DNA of 64,000 nt from a virus (lineage: Duplodnaviria > Caudoviricetes). Positions 9,772 through 19,278 of the stretch are shown here, piece after piece. Position 1 is the first letter of the stretch. Every line of letters starts with the position of its first letter. The DNA lies in the IMG/VR virus record IMGVR_UViG_3300024351_000013. One strand, 5' to 3'. A model generated the notes under the pieces. The model was not told the DNA's origin. It did not search any database and saw nothing but the letters and a program-made list of their open reading frames with translations. Position numbers and translations under genes: made by a program.

Positions 9772-10209
9772 TTATTCGGTTTCTACTGCTTTTCCTTTCT
9801 TACCAATATTATACTTCTGTTCTAAAATCCAATCTCCCTTATCCTTATAAGCAAGGACTTTGATTTGATTCAGGGGAGCAATATCATTTACAGAATCTGG
9901 TTTAATAACTGTAATTAGACCCCAATCAGCAAGAAGACGGACGATTCTATTTCTTCTCTGCACATCATTAACAGTAAGATTGGCATGTTTACCATCAAGA
10001 GCAAATAATTCTTTAAAGTGAACAATATAATACCTACCTTGCTTATGTAAAATATGGCAAGACTGATAGAGTTTTTTCTCCTTACGTGAAGCAACTCCGA
10101 TACGGGTCAGGGTTTCACGAACTTTAAGGAAGTCGTCAGGTTCATTAAGAATTACTTCTACCATTTGGTCCTGAGACCATTCAACAGTAGGTTCTACCGT
10201 AGTAGTCAT
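9772..10209 (-). CDS. regA: Translational repressor RegA
   Basis: DDFLKVRETLTRIGVASR...LYQSCHILHKQGRYYIVHFKELFALDG. Confidence 0.97.
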   Translation of the reverse strand: MTTTVEPTVEWSQDQMVEVILNEPDDFLKVRETLTRIGVASRKEKKLYQSCHILHKQGRYYIVHFKELFALDGKHANLTVNDVQRRNRIVRLLADWGLITVIKPDSVNDIAPLNQIKVLAYKDKGDWILEQKYNIGKKGKAVETE

Positions 10210-10574
10210 TTTTTTCCTCCAATATCAAGTCGTTTTTTGATGAAAGTTAGTTGTTCTTTTGTCAGGATTTTCAGTGCTTGAGATGCTTTTTCATTACTAT
10301 AACCATAGTATTGTTTAACACATTCTAAGTCTGTAACCTTATCCTTTCGGAGCCAGGGAGAAAATCTCTTCTTTTTCCTCAAACTATTTAGATAAAACGA
10401 ATATTGCATATCCTTGGAAAGATGATGATGCATATTCATTTCATTAGAAAAAAGAACACAATCAATGTGACCAGATAAACACCTATTAATAATAAAAGGT
10501 GGATATGAACTAATATCTTCGGATAAATCTTCTTTTGTAAAATTAATTGAGTTGAGCCAATCTTTGAGTTCCAT
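10206..10574 (-). CDS. g62: Clamp loader small subunit gp62
   Basis: MELKDWLNSIN...YPPFIINRCLS...LRKKKRFSPW; start re-called at 10574. Confidence 0.92.
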   Translation of the reverse strand: MELKDWLNSINFTKEDLSEDISSYPPFIINRCLSGHIDCVLFSNEMNMHHHLSKDMQYSFYLNSLRKKKRFSPWLRKDKVTDLECVKQYYGYSNEKASQALKILTKEQLTFIKKRLDIGGKK

Positions 10575-11394
10575 AATTAAATAGCAGCAATTCTTTTCTA
10601 TCTTTTTGCTCTCGCATATATTCACCAACAGAACGCATCGTATAAGTCAAATCAAACTCGGCAGCGTTCCAATCTTTAAATCGGTCTTTTACGAGTTGGT
10701 CTGAGTTATAACTAATCAATTGATGCATATTAACACGAAAATCACAATCAGCAGCAAACTTATCATGATCGAATCCTTTGTGCATTGATCCCTTACGCCC
10801 ATAGAGATTATCCTTAATATCATAAGGAGGATCGAGATACACAAAAGCAGTAGTGTCTCCATCCAAAAGATAATCGTATGAATAGTTAGTTATACGCCAA
10901 TGCTTAATTATCTTAGAATACTCAGGCAGTTTTTCAATCCCACGCAAACTGAAGTTGTTGTTGGATGCCTGTGGTGAAAATGATGAACTCTCCGTGAGAC
11001 CACTGAAACTACACTTATTGACAACATAGAAAGCCACAGCACGATCAATGCTTGGCAAATCCTTGTCATTTACTTGCTCCTTTGCTTTAAGAAAAAGTTC
11101 TTTTGCCAGGACCGGAGTATTATTTGTCGTCTTAAGATCTACAAGTTTATCTTTAATATCCACCCCAAACATCTGGAGTTGTTGCCAGAAGTTTACAAGA
11201 GGTTCATATAAATCATTCACCCAAATATCTAGGTTAGGATACTTCTTTGTGATATAAATCGCAACACTTCCACCACCAAGAAATGGTTCACGGAACTCAC
11301 GATAATCACGAAGGTCTGGAAAGTATGGTCCCATCTTTTCACATGCGCGGGATTTACCACCAGGATATCTTAGAGGTGTTTTAAGAGATTTCAT
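10543..11394 (-). CDS. dam: DNA adenine methyltransferase (D12 class)
   Basis: LRYPGGKS, EPFLGGGS, VYLDPPY; start re-called at MKSLKTP. Confidence 0.93.
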   Translation of the reverse strand: MKSLKTPLRYPGGKSRACEKMGPYFPDLRDYREFREPFLGGGSVAIYITKKYPNLDIWVNDLYEPLVNFWQQLQMFGVDIKDKLVDLKTTNNTPVLAKELFLKAKEQVNDKDLPSIDRAVAFYVVNKCSFSGLTESSSFSPQASNNNFSLRGIEKLPEYSKIIKHWRITNYSYDYLLDGDTTAFVYLDPPYDIKDNLYGRKGSMHKGFDHDKFAADCDFRVNMHQLISYNSDQLVKDRFKDWNAAEFDLTYTMRSVGEYMREQKDRKELLLFNYGTQRLAQLN

Positions 11395-11555
11395 TCTACA
11401 ATACACCTCACAGATATTTGAGTTGTTTTAGTTGCTTCTGCCATCTCACGATATCCAGATCCAACATAAATTTGACCCCCAACTACAGCAACTGCCATAG
11501 CACCCCAAAAGATGTAATACCATTTAGATTTTACTTGATGTTGCTTATTTTCCAT
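11391..11555 (-). CDS. 54-aa small membrane protein (not in the ORF track)
   Basis: Manual translation MENKQHQVKSKWYYIFWGAMAVAVVGGQIYVGSGYREMAEATKTTQISVRCIVE; one hydrophobic helix; fills the gap exactly, ATGA-coupled to dam. Confidence 0.75.
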   Translation of the reverse strand: MENKQHQVKSKWYYIFWGAMAVAVVGGQIYVGSGYREMAEATKTTQISVRCIVE

Positions 11556-11557
11556 TT

Positions 11558-11851
11558 TCACAACACCAATTTTTTCTCGTCTGGAGTAATGAGTTTACTT
11601 CCATAAATCTCATTATATTTTTTCTTAACTCCAGAATCAACTTCTGCAATATAGACAATATGATTCCTAGAAACAATAAGTTCAGGATTATCTTTATCAA
11701 TAACTGTAGCCCAAGGAGCAAATCCAACGCTTTGTCCTGTAGGAAGAACTACTAGACCATTCTTTACGGTTACAAAGCTATCATCTTCAGAAATAACTTC
11801 TGCGATGATTTCTTCGCCAGTTAAAATACGAAACAGTTTTACATTAATCAT
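11558..11851 (-). CDS. Conserved hypothetical protein (Sm-like fold suspected)
   Basis: VKLFRILTGEEIIAEV, GFAPWA. Confidence 0.8.
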   Translation of the reverse strand: MINVKLFRILTGEEIIAEVISEDDSFVTVKNGLVVLPTGQSVGFAPWATVIDKDNPELIVSRNHIVYIAEVDSGVKKKYNEIYGSKLITPDEKKLVL

Positions 11852-12792
11852 TTGAATTCACACTCCACCATAATTTCAGTAAGGGCAGCAAGAAGATTTA
11901 TTTCCTGGTCAGCAACGAACGCACATTGGTATTGATACTTAGCAATAACAAGAACGGCAGCAGGGATAGATGCGGGAACAAGGCAATCGTAAGCGGCGTC
12001 ATAAACCCTGCGAAGAAGACTAGAAGCATCGTTGTCCAGGTTGGAGACCACCCACTTTCTGACTTCAGGAAAGTTTTTATCTTTGAGGTTTTTAATAAGT
12101 TCATTTACAGAGATGTCTGAGAAAGATGCAAGAATGCCCGAGTCAATTTTTCCTCCTGTAGAATACCTCTGGCATTCGTTGAGGACCCTACGAAAATCTG
12201 GGAAGTGTTTTGTAACCAATTCTGCAACGACTTTTTCATCATACTCAATCCTTTCAGAATCCAAGATTGATTGAAGTCGTTGAAAGAAACTTCCCGCAAG
12301 TTGAACTCTTTGCTTCCCTTTGATGGTGAAGTCGATGACGGCACATCGGGAGTGAAGAGGTTCGATAATCTTGTTCTTGTAGTTACAGGTGAAGATGAAT
12401 CGACAGTTGTTATAAAATGCCTCAATATTCGCCCGTAGTAGGAGTTGAACATCGTTGCCCGTGTTGTCAGCTTCGTCAATGATGATGACTTTGTGTTTAG
12501 AAGATCCCGTAAGTGAGACGGTCGAAGCGAAGTTTTTCGCTTGGTTCCGTACAGTATCCAGGAAACGCCCTTCGTCGGATCCGTTGATGACATAATAGTC
12601 TGCCCCCAATTCATTACATAATGCTTTTGCGATGGTGGTTTTACCAATACCAGGAGGTCCTGCTAGAAGGAGATTAGGAATCTCACCTTTTGCCACAAAC
12701 TCCTTAAATGTTTTTTTAGTTTCATCAGGAAGAATACAATCCTCAATTACTTGAGGACGGTATCGTTCCACGAAAAGGAAATCACTGCTCAT
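11848..12792 (-). CDS. g44: Clamp loader ATPase subunit gp44
   Basis: VERYRP, GPPGIGKT, IIIDEAD, SRC motif. Confidence 0.96.
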   Translation of the reverse strand: MSSDFLFVERYRPQVIEDCILPDETKKTFKEFVAKGEIPNLLLAGPPGIGKTTIAKALCNELGADYYVINGSDEGRFLDTVRNQAKNFASTVSLTGSSKHKVIIIDEADNTGNDVQLLLRANIEAFYNNCRFIFTCNYKNKIIEPLHSRCAVIDFTIKGKQRVQLAGSFFQRLQSILDSERIEYDEKVVAELVTKHFPDFRRVLNECQRYSTGGKIDSGILASFSDISVNELIKNLKDKNFPEVRKWVVSNLDNDASSLLRRVYDAAYDCLVPASIPAAVLVIAKYQYQCAFVADQEINLLAALTEIMVECEFK

Positions 12793-12794
12793 AA

Positions 12795-13307
12795 TTAAAT
12801 CCACGAAGGTCGTCTTTCGGGCATACGAAGATAGTTATCAGCAACCCAAGGTTTGGATGCAATATATCTTTTGTATGCTTCAAATGTATCAATGGTGTCG
12901 TCAAACTTCCATTCCTCAGGCATAGCACGAGCAAATGGAGTCACCTCCGTAATCTTACCCTTGGGAAACAAATAGTATGCATCCACAAGGGTTTTATAAC
13001 AGGAGTGAGTTTTATTATACCGCAGGCAGTATTCATCAGACAAGTTCAATCCCCACTTGATTAACCAGTAGGCATTATGGATACTCTCCATAGCCCACTT
13101 TGTGCAGGGGTGATTGCGGAATGCTCCTTTCTCGGTCTTGTAGGGGGTTCCATCTGCCTTAGGGAGGGTGCCATACCCATATCCCCACTTATCAGATGCC
13201 ACGATAGAAAGCATCTGACAACACTCTAATGGCATCTTAACAATATGTTTATCGGGGAGACAGATAGCACTTTCAGCAGGCCATGGTGATGTAACAAATA
13301 TATTCAT
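12795..13307 (-). CDS. Pyrimidine-dimer DNA glycosylase (DenV-like) family protein
   Basis: MNIFVT...LPDKHIVKMPLECCQMLS...NHPCTKW...Y; family recalled, not searched. Confidence 0.65.
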   Translation of the reverse strand: MNIFVTSPWPAESAICLPDKHIVKMPLECCQMLSIVASDKWGYGYGTLPKADGTPYKTEKGAFRNHPCTKWAMESIHNAYWLIKWGLNLSDEYCLRYNKTHSCYKTLVDAYYLFPKGKITEVTPFARAMPEEWKFDDTIDTFEAYKRYIASKPWVADNYLRMPERRPSWI

Positions 13308-13309
13308 AA

Positions 13310-13729
13310 TCAAAAACAATACTTTTGAAGTACGTAATTCACTTTATCTGGTTTATCTTCCATCCAGAATGCTTCATGTTCCATTTGTTCGGAAGCATTA
13401 GATAATCCAACAGATTTTTGAACATCTTGAAGTTTTTCTGGCAAAAGTGACATATCTTTTAATGAAATATAAAATGGTTTATAACCATTACACATATGGG
13501 CAATATGTGTTGCTTCATGATAAACCGTTTCATTTACATAATGTTTTAGATCATAACCACCTTCTTTAATATTTTTGGTGCAAATAACCAATTTATCAAA
13601 GTCACTATAACCAAAATAATTTTTATCTCTACAATATCCAATATTTTCTTTAACTGGATAACCTGCTTTGATTACATTATTAATAATTTTATTGGCAGTA
13701 GGTGTGAGATAAAGAAGAAATTCCATCAA
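13310..13729 (-). CDS. Hypothetical protein with an HExxH zincin-like motif
   Basis: VYHEATHIAHMC with downstream EHEA. Confidence 0.7.
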   Translation of the reverse strand: MMEFLLYLTPTANKIINNVIKAGYPVKENIGYCRDKNYFGYSDFDKLVICTKNIKEGGYDLKHYVNETVYHEATHIAHMCNGYKPFYISLKDMSLLPEKLQDVQKSVGLSNASEQMEHEAFWMEDKPDKVNYVLQKYCF

Positions 13730-14391
13730 CCAAAAGTAGAATCGGGTTCCAAAGCAATATAATAGGTCACATCAAATCCAGTATTCTTGAATCGTGACAA
13801 AAGTTTGGAAGAAATTACAACTTCATAAGCACCAGGAATAATCTTGATGTTTTCTACCTTAAAGTTGAATGTGAACACTTCATCAGTTTCACCAACAACA
13901 ACAGAAAAATCATTGGAGGTATCGTTCTTCTTATCACGAACAACCAGTTTCACCACACCTGCTTCGCCAACCACAGACAAGTCAGGAAGTTGATACACAG
14001 CAGCAGCTTTAAGGAGTTTATCAAGTTCCTTGGTATCAAGAATGAAACAAACATCTTCGGAAGGAAGAGAAATAGATTTATCGGGAGGAGTAACGATTAC
14101 ATTAGGGTCTGCAAAGAAATACTTAGAACGAGACCGACCTTCCTTAATAACTACATAACCATCATTCTGGAAATCAAGTTCAGCATTCTGATGAAGATTG
14201 AGACCATTCAGAAATTGATTGAGATCGTAGATACCAAAATCTTTGGGAAGTTCTTCTTCGATTGTTGCTTCCGCGAGAATATTCTTCATTACAGAAATAG
14301 TACGAAGATTATTTCCTTCTTTAAACAGAATAGACTGGTTAATAGAAGAGAAGTTCTTGAGGAGCGTGAGAGTTTTATCAGAGAGTTTCAT
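13726..14391 (-). CDS. g45: Sliding clamp gp45
   Basis: MKLSDKTLTLLKNFSSINQSI, FGIYDLNQFL, YYIALE. Confidence 0.96.
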   Translation of the reverse strand: MKLSDKTLTLLKNFSSINQSILFKEGNNLRTISVMKNILAEATIEEELPKDFGIYDLNQFLNGLNLHQNAELDFQNDGYVVIKEGRSRSKYFFADPNVIVTPPDKSISLPSEDVCFILDTKELDKLLKAAAVYQLPDLSVVGEAGVVKLVVRDKKNDTSNDFSVVVGETDEVFTFNFKVENIKIIPGAYEVVISSKLLSRFKNTGFDVTYYIALEPDSTFG

Positions 14392-14396
14392 AATAA

Positions 14397-14804
14397 TCAG
14401 CGAAATTCAGAGAGACCGTTATCTTTACGAGTGTAGTGTCCATCAAAGTGGAGCAGAAGCATAGCATAGTGAATCACTTTAAGCAAATCACGCTTATTGC
14501 GTCCATCCTTGTCACCGTAGCGACTACCATACTTAATGATGTTTGCTTGACAGAACCCAGCAGCAAGTTCTTTTGCTGCCATTAGGTCAATTGTCTGAAC
14601 ATCTTTGTAATCTTGTTCATGACCACAGTAGTGACTACCATAAGTGCTGGTTACATAGTCTTGAATATCTTTCAGAATTTTATCTTCATTGTATTTCCAA
14701 AGATGATTAGTAGGTTCGTTCATATTCAAATGCTTTTTTGTGAGTTCAATAATATCTTCACCATCTCTATAAAGAGTGAAGTTGTTGTAAGGATACTTGT
14801 CCAT
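14397..14804 (-). CDS. DUF3310-like hypothetical protein
   Basis: SHY...TIDLM...GFCQANIIKYGSRYGDKDG...DLLKVIHYA. Confidence 0.75.
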   Translation of the reverse strand: MDKYPYNNFTLYRDGEDIIELTKKHLNMNEPTNHLWKYNEDKILKDIQDYVTSTYGSHYCGHEQDYKDVQTIDLMAAKELAAGFCQANIIKYGSRYGDKDGRNKRDLLKVIHYAMLLLHFDGHYTRKDNGLSEFR

Positions 14805-14839
14805 AATTAAGAAAAGGGAAGGCACAATTACCTTCCCCA

Positions 14840-14868
14840 ATTATATCAAACAGACTGGTATGTGTCAA
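14840..14868 (-). promoter_or_regulatory. Consensus sigma70 promoter
   Basis: TTGACA-N17-TATAAT with extended TG, overlapping the cobS-like 3' end. Confidence 0.85.
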
Positions 14869-15949
14869 TGGACTCTTCAACAGGCATCTGGAAGTCAGCA
14901 TCCACTTTGTCATAAAGTTCAAGGAATGCTTGCTTGGTTTCATCATCAAAGCGGTTCACACACACTTGGATTGCCTTTGCCTTGTCTTGGAAGATGCTGT
15001 AAGCACGGATGATGTGAACCAGACGGCGGGTGCTGATGATTTCCTCAATACCACCATCGTAGAAGGTCTTGCGGATGATATCTGCCCAGTCAACCAGGCG
15101 CTTGCAGAAATCACGGTCTTCCACGCCAAGGTCCAGAGCGATGCCTTCCAGAATCTTCTGCTCAGTAGCAGGAGCAGGGTAGGACTGCTCAAAGGTCACA
15201 GGGAAACGCTCTAGGAACGCTTCGTTGAGCACATTGGTGCCAATGAAACGTCCGTCATCAGAACCCTTACCCTTAGTATTAGCGGTGGCAATCACATTAA
15301 AACCAGCGGCAGGTTTTACCCAGCGACCAATCTTTTTCAGGAAAACACCTTTACCTTCGAGAATAGATTGCAAACAAAGAATCTTGTTAGAAGCAAGGTC
15401 AATCTCATCCAACAGAAGAATAGCACCACGCTCAAGTGCTTCAATCACGGGACCGTTGTGCCAAGCAGTATTCCCATCAACAAGACGGAAACCCCCAATA
15501 AGATCGTCTTCATCAGTCTCAATAGTGATATTGACGCGAATCAGTTCACGCTTAAGTTGAGCACACGCTTGCTCAACAGAGAACGTTTTACCGTTACCCG
15601 AAAGACCCGTAATAAACGTAGGATAAAAGAGACGGGACTGAATAATTTTTTTAACATCAGCAAAGTTACCAAACTTGACGAAGGTATCATCTTTATCGGG
15701 AATAAGGTTTTGTTCCACAGCAGGAATCGCAGCAGGTGCTTGGAAAGTGCGTTCAATTTCTTTTACTTTTTGTTGCGTAACTTCAAGATTCCATTTACCA
15801 CGACCCACTTTAAATTGGTCAAGTTTTTTTGTAACAGTTTGATAGTTAGCATCGTTCAGATTACACCAAGCACGAATATCAGCACCAGTGATAGTGCTAC
15901 CATACAGGTTTTGAAGAGAAGTGCGGATGTAGTCAGAGGAGAGTGCCAT
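14846..15949 (-). CDS. cobS: CobS-like / MoxR-clade AAA+ ATPase
   Basis: GLSGNGKT, LLLDEID, IATANTKG, NEAFLERF; start re-called at MALSSDY. Confidence 0.9.
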   Translation of the reverse strand: MALSSDYIRTSLQNLYGSTITGADIRAWCNLNDANYQTVTKKLDQFKVGRGKWNLEVTQQKVKEIERTFQAPAAIPAVEQNLIPDKDDTFVKFGNFADVKKIIQSRLFYPTFITGLSGNGKTFSVEQACAQLKRELIRVNITIETDEDDLIGGFRLVDGNTAWHNGPVIEALERGAILLLDEIDLASNKILCLQSILEGKGVFLKKIGRWVKPAAGFNVIATANTKGKGSDDGRFIGTNVLNEAFLERFPVTFEQSYPAPATEQKILEGIALDLGVEDRDFCKRLVDWADIIRKTFYDGGIEEIISTRRLVHIIRAYSIFQDKAKAIQVCVNRFDDETKQAFLELYDKVDADFQMPVEESIDTYQSV

Positions 15950-15974
15950 TTGTTTGCTTTGTTTCAACATAGTC

Positions 15975-16018
15975 ATTATAGACCAAAAAGGGGTCCTCTT
16001 GGGACCCCAGTGGTCAGT
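15975..16018 (-). promoter_or_regulatory. Hairpin/terminator plus TATAAT upstream of the AAA+ gene
   Basis: GGGGTCC-CAAGA-GGACCCC-TTTTT followed by GGTCTATAAT. Confidence 0.6.
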
Positions 16019-16199
16019 TCTCCAATTGGTTCTTGAGTTCTTTGAGATACTCTTCGCTGGCAATATGTCCAGTATATCCTGGATAGTATTTATTAACTAA
16101 AGAAGGAATACCAATAGCAGTTGTGCTGCTATTGCATTTAATCCATACTTCTTTAGTATCATATTTTACTACATGTTCAAATGGAAATTTAGTTTTCAT
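16014..16199 (-). CDS. Small hypothetical protein
   Basis: 61 aa, ATGA-coupled to the upstream gene. Confidence 0.7.
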   Translation of the reverse strand: MKTKFPFEHVVKYDTKEVWIKCNSSTTAIGIPSLVNKYYPGYTGHIASEEYLKELKNQLEN

Positions 16200-16909
16200 T
16201 TTTTATTTCGTTCTTCTTGTTTACGCTTTGCAAATTGCATATAAGTTTCACCTGGTTTTAGGCGATTACTATAATCTTGTTTTGTTTGTGCAGATGTATT
16301 TTGACCTCTGTTTTCTCGAGCTCTCATCTTGTTGCCAGCGCCACTAATAGCAGCATCTTTTTTGGGATCTGGATGCCACCAGTCACCCGCCTCACTCATA
16401 TTCTGTTCATAAGTAAATGTCTTGTTTTTAACTTTAGTATCAAACTCACCAGTTCTACCTGGATTCATTTTACCGACTTTAACACGCTTACCCTCTCCTG
16501 GCCAAGACTTATTAGTTCCCACCAGTTGAGCAGAACCCTTTGGTTTTTTTTGAATTAAGACAGAATCTTGATTATATTTTTTACCAAGTTTAGTGATTGC
16601 TTTTTTGAACTTTTTCTTACCCATTTTACCAGAAGAAACTACATGTGATTTCTCACCTACTTTTTTTTCTTGAGGAGTTCCTGGGTTTTCAGTATATCTA
16701 CCAGATACCTTAGTAGGTCCTGGAAGACCAGCACCTCTAATATCTTTCTCCAATTGTTTTGAACGCGCTTTATTTTCTTTCTTTGATTTATCGCCTCTTT
16801 GGGCAGACATAATTGCCATACCACCTTTTTCTGATTTTGAGCGAACTCTATTCAAAGATGTTTCTTGAATAGAGTAACACTCTACCACAAATTCTTGGAA
16901 TGTTTTCAT
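16196..16909 (-). CDS. Very basic hypothetical protein, DUF3293-like core, MKTFQEFVVE N-terminus
   Basis: IMSAQRG...ENKAR..QL..DIR, EKSHVV, LGKKYNQDSVL; CTAAATA at 16944-16950. Confidence 0.8.
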   Translation of the reverse strand: MKTFQEFVVECYSIQETSLNRVRSKSEKGGMAIMSAQRGDKSKKENKARSKQLEKDIRGAGLPGPTKVSGRYTENPGTPQEKKVGEKSHVVSSGKMGKKKFKKAITKLGKKYNQDSVLIQKKPKGSAQLVGTNKSWPGEGKRVKVGKMNPGRTGEFDTKVKNKTFTYEQNMSEAGDWWHPDPKKDAAISGAGNKMRARENRGQNTSAQTKQDYSNRLKPGETYMQFAKRKQEERNKK

Positions 16910-19095
16910 GCTACCAAAGAAATAAATTCTCCTAATACTTTTTTATTTAGTTTTTTAGTCTTCAAAGATTTCACAAAAGCAGATTTGATTTGAGATTTGG
17001 TTGCATCTTCAGCAATTTCAAATTCAGTATCTTGAGAAAGTGCGGTTGCAGACATTCCAAAGTATGCATCATATCCAGAGTTAGTAATAGTGAAACTCTT
17101 CAGTTTTTTCCAATCACTCAGGATTTTATCATACACCTTACCATCATTGATAGAGTGATAAAGACCAATAAACCGACTTGCATTGCGACTTTCAAGAACA
17201 CGAATACCAATAAAGTTTGTATTAGAAAACTTATCTTTCAAGTTCCTGAGAAGAGCATCAGTAAACTCATGATAACCATATCCAATCTTATAGGTAGTTC
17301 CAAGTTTGCGGTCACGCAGGAAGGTTAGTTCTGGATTAATATATCCAGTTCCAAGAAATGGTTTCTTTTCCCACTGGCGTTTGACTTCTTTGTGATAAAC
17401 AAGTTGATTTGCCTCACCATCAGTCAAAACAATACACTGCACCTTCTGAAGTTTATTTTCTTTTTGAAACTTAGGAAGAATTTGGTTAAGAGTAATCAGT
17501 GCCTCATTTAGAGGAGTTCCAGAAAGACAAAGACGACTCGGATAGGTATAAGAAGAACTATAAGTCCTACCAAAACAATAAGCAAGACGCCAAATGTTGA
17601 GCATTTGATTCTCAAGAACTTTACCAGAAACTTTACTAGTAAGAATGTTCATCATCGAGAAAGTTTCATCTACAACCAGAAGACCATCTTTCTTTTGATA
17701 ATGTGGAGTACGGTCTGCAGCGAGATAACGATCATTCTCATAATCATACTCACCGCGACGCCACTCACTAGTAAAAGCATAAACCTCAAAAGGAATGGAA
17801 ACTTTCTTACAAAACCAAACAATGTTAAAGAGTTGTTTACAAGTATCAAGCATCACATCGCACATAGAACCACTCCAGTCCAACACAAATACCAGACCAT
17901 GATTTTTGCCATCAGGAATCACAGATACTTTCTTGAACAAGTCTTCATTGTACTTGTAAGTATGAAGACGAGTTGTATCGAGAATACCAGTGCGAGCAGT
18001 TGATGCACGAGCATACTGGTCTGCTGCCTTACGGCACTCAAATTCTTTTACAAGGTAATTGACTTCTTTTTGGGCAGAAGACTTGAACTTCTTGAACTCA
18101 GTATCAGATTCTTTATAAAGATTTACTGGAGTATATCCCTTTTCTTGTGCGTGTTCATTATGAATTTTTTGTTGATGAGCAAAAGAATCATCAATATCTT
18201 TATGAACTTCAGAGTTCTTACCAATAACAGTATCAAGATTTACTTGAGGAACCTCAATATAAACATTTTCATATCCATCGTTACCCACAAGGTCACGAAT
18301 CTTATCTTCCAAAGACTCTGCAGTGCGAACTTCAGGTTCTTCTTTTTCCCCAGAAGATTTTACAGGAGTTTCATCACCTTGAGCAGTGCCGCCATAGGAC
18401 TCAGAAGACTCTTTTTTGGAGGAGTTATCACTCTCACCTTCTTGCTCAGAAGAGGAGTCATTAGTCTCTACAAAATCGCTTGCAGGAGACTGCGAGTTCC
18501 CTTGAGTTTCTTGCGAATCAAAGTCAGCAACCTTCTGCTGTTGTTCCTTTTCTTTTTTACAATACTTATAAAGTTCTTCAGCAGCAATCAATGTATCTGC
18601 AAAACTTTCACAAGCATCAATGATATTAATGATTTCTTTTTCCTCTGGAGCAAAATCAAGAGTCAAAAAGTTACCAACTTTAAAATAAAGGTTAGCACGA
18701 TCGGCAAGATTAAAAGTAGAAATATCTTCTTCTTTAAGTTGAAAGAAATCTTCTTCGTTCAGTTCCTTATAACCATTGAAGAAAGTCTTAGCAAGTCCAG
18801 CATACTTACGCTTCATCAGTTTCTCAATGCGGGCATCTTCTACCACATTCACAAACTGCTGAGGAACCTTTGCAGTCTCAGTCCAATCTTCATCAGGAGT
18901 GAAGAGAGCATGACCCACCTCATGACCCACCAGAAGGTCATACACAAGACCACTTGCCTTTTCCCACAAAGGAAGGGTGAGAACACGAGTATGAACATTG
19001 AAGCACGCTGTAGGAACTTTCTTGTGCTCCACTACAAGGTCTTCAGTGGCAAGCAGTTTGGCAAGTTGGGATTTGATTTCGTGAGAGACTGCCAT
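16906..19095 (-). CDS. CobT-like protein: N-terminal HExxH metallopeptidase-like domain, acidic linker and C-terminal vWA domain
   Basis: HEVGH; MIDAS DWSGS, GTPL, LTDGE; start re-called at MAVSHE. Confidence 0.85.
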   Translation of the reverse strand: MAVSHEIKSQLAKLLATEDLVVEHKKVPTACFNVHTRVLTLPLWEKASGLVYDLLVGHEVGHALFTPDEDWTETAKVPQQFVNVVEDARIEKLMKRKYAGLAKTFFNGYKELNEEDFFQLKEEDISTFNLADRANLYFKVGNFLTLDFAPEEKEIINIIDACESFADTLIAAEELYKYCKKEKEQQQKVADFDSQETQGNSQSPASDFVETNDSSSEQEGESDNSSKKESSESYGGTAQGDETPVKSSGEKEEPEVRTAESLEDKIRDLVGNDGYENVYIEVPQVNLDTVIGKNSEVHKDIDDSFAHQQKIHNEHAQEKGYTPVNLYKESDTEFKKFKSSAQKEVNYLVKEFECRKAADQYARASTARTGILDTTRLHTYKYNEDLFKKVSVIPDGKNHGLVFVLDWSGSMCDVMLDTCKQLFNIVWFCKKVSIPFEVYAFTSEWRRGEYDYENDRYLAADRTPHYQKKDGLLVVDETFSMMNILTSKVSGKVLENQMLNIWRLAYCFGRTYSSSYTYPSRLCLSGTPLNEALITLNQILPKFQKENKLQKVQCIVLTDGEANQLVYHKEVKRQWEKKPFLGTGYINPELTFLRDRKLGTTYKIGYGYHEFTDALLRNLKDKFSNTNFIGIRVLESRNASRFIGLYHSINDGKVYDKILSDWKKLKSFTITNSGYDAYFGMSATALSQDTEFEIAEDATKSQIKSAFVKSLKTKKLNKKVLGEFISLVA

Positions 19096-19264
19096 TGGAT
19101 TTGTTTCGTATGAGACCATCATAAAACGAAAGGTCGCCTTTTGGGCGACCCATGTGACGCTTTTTGAACTGGGCGAGTCGTGCTTTCGCTTGCCTCAGTG
19201 CTTGCGGTTTAAGTTTTCGTTTCTGTTCTTTCTTGGAATGGTGCTTCCAGTTTGGGACTTGCAT
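19043..19264 (-). CDS. Small basic hypothetical protein
   Basis: MQVPNWKHHSKKEQKRKLKPQALRQAK; the C-terminal half runs through a hairpin and may be a non-conserved extension. Confidence 0.55.
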   Translation of the reverse strand: MQVPNWKHHSKKEQKRKLKPQALRQAKARLAQFKKRHMGRPKGDLSFYDGLIRNKSNGSLSRNQIPTCQTACH

Positions 19265-19278
19265 TGTTCTTGAGTGGT

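Noticed and set aside
10543-11394. Restriction-modification system around dam
   Set aside because: No adjacent endonuclease; solitary Dam-type methylases are common in T4-like phages
14846-19095. Cobalamin biosynthesis (cobaltochelatase)
   Set aside because: No CobN or other cob genes; better explained as a generic MoxR AAA+/vWA pair
18070-19113. Long plus-strand ORFs (also 15368..16036, 13990..14436, 1110..1412 and others)
   Set aside because: Antisense shadows of well-supported minus-strand genes; no RBS or motifs, and composition mirrors the sense codon bias
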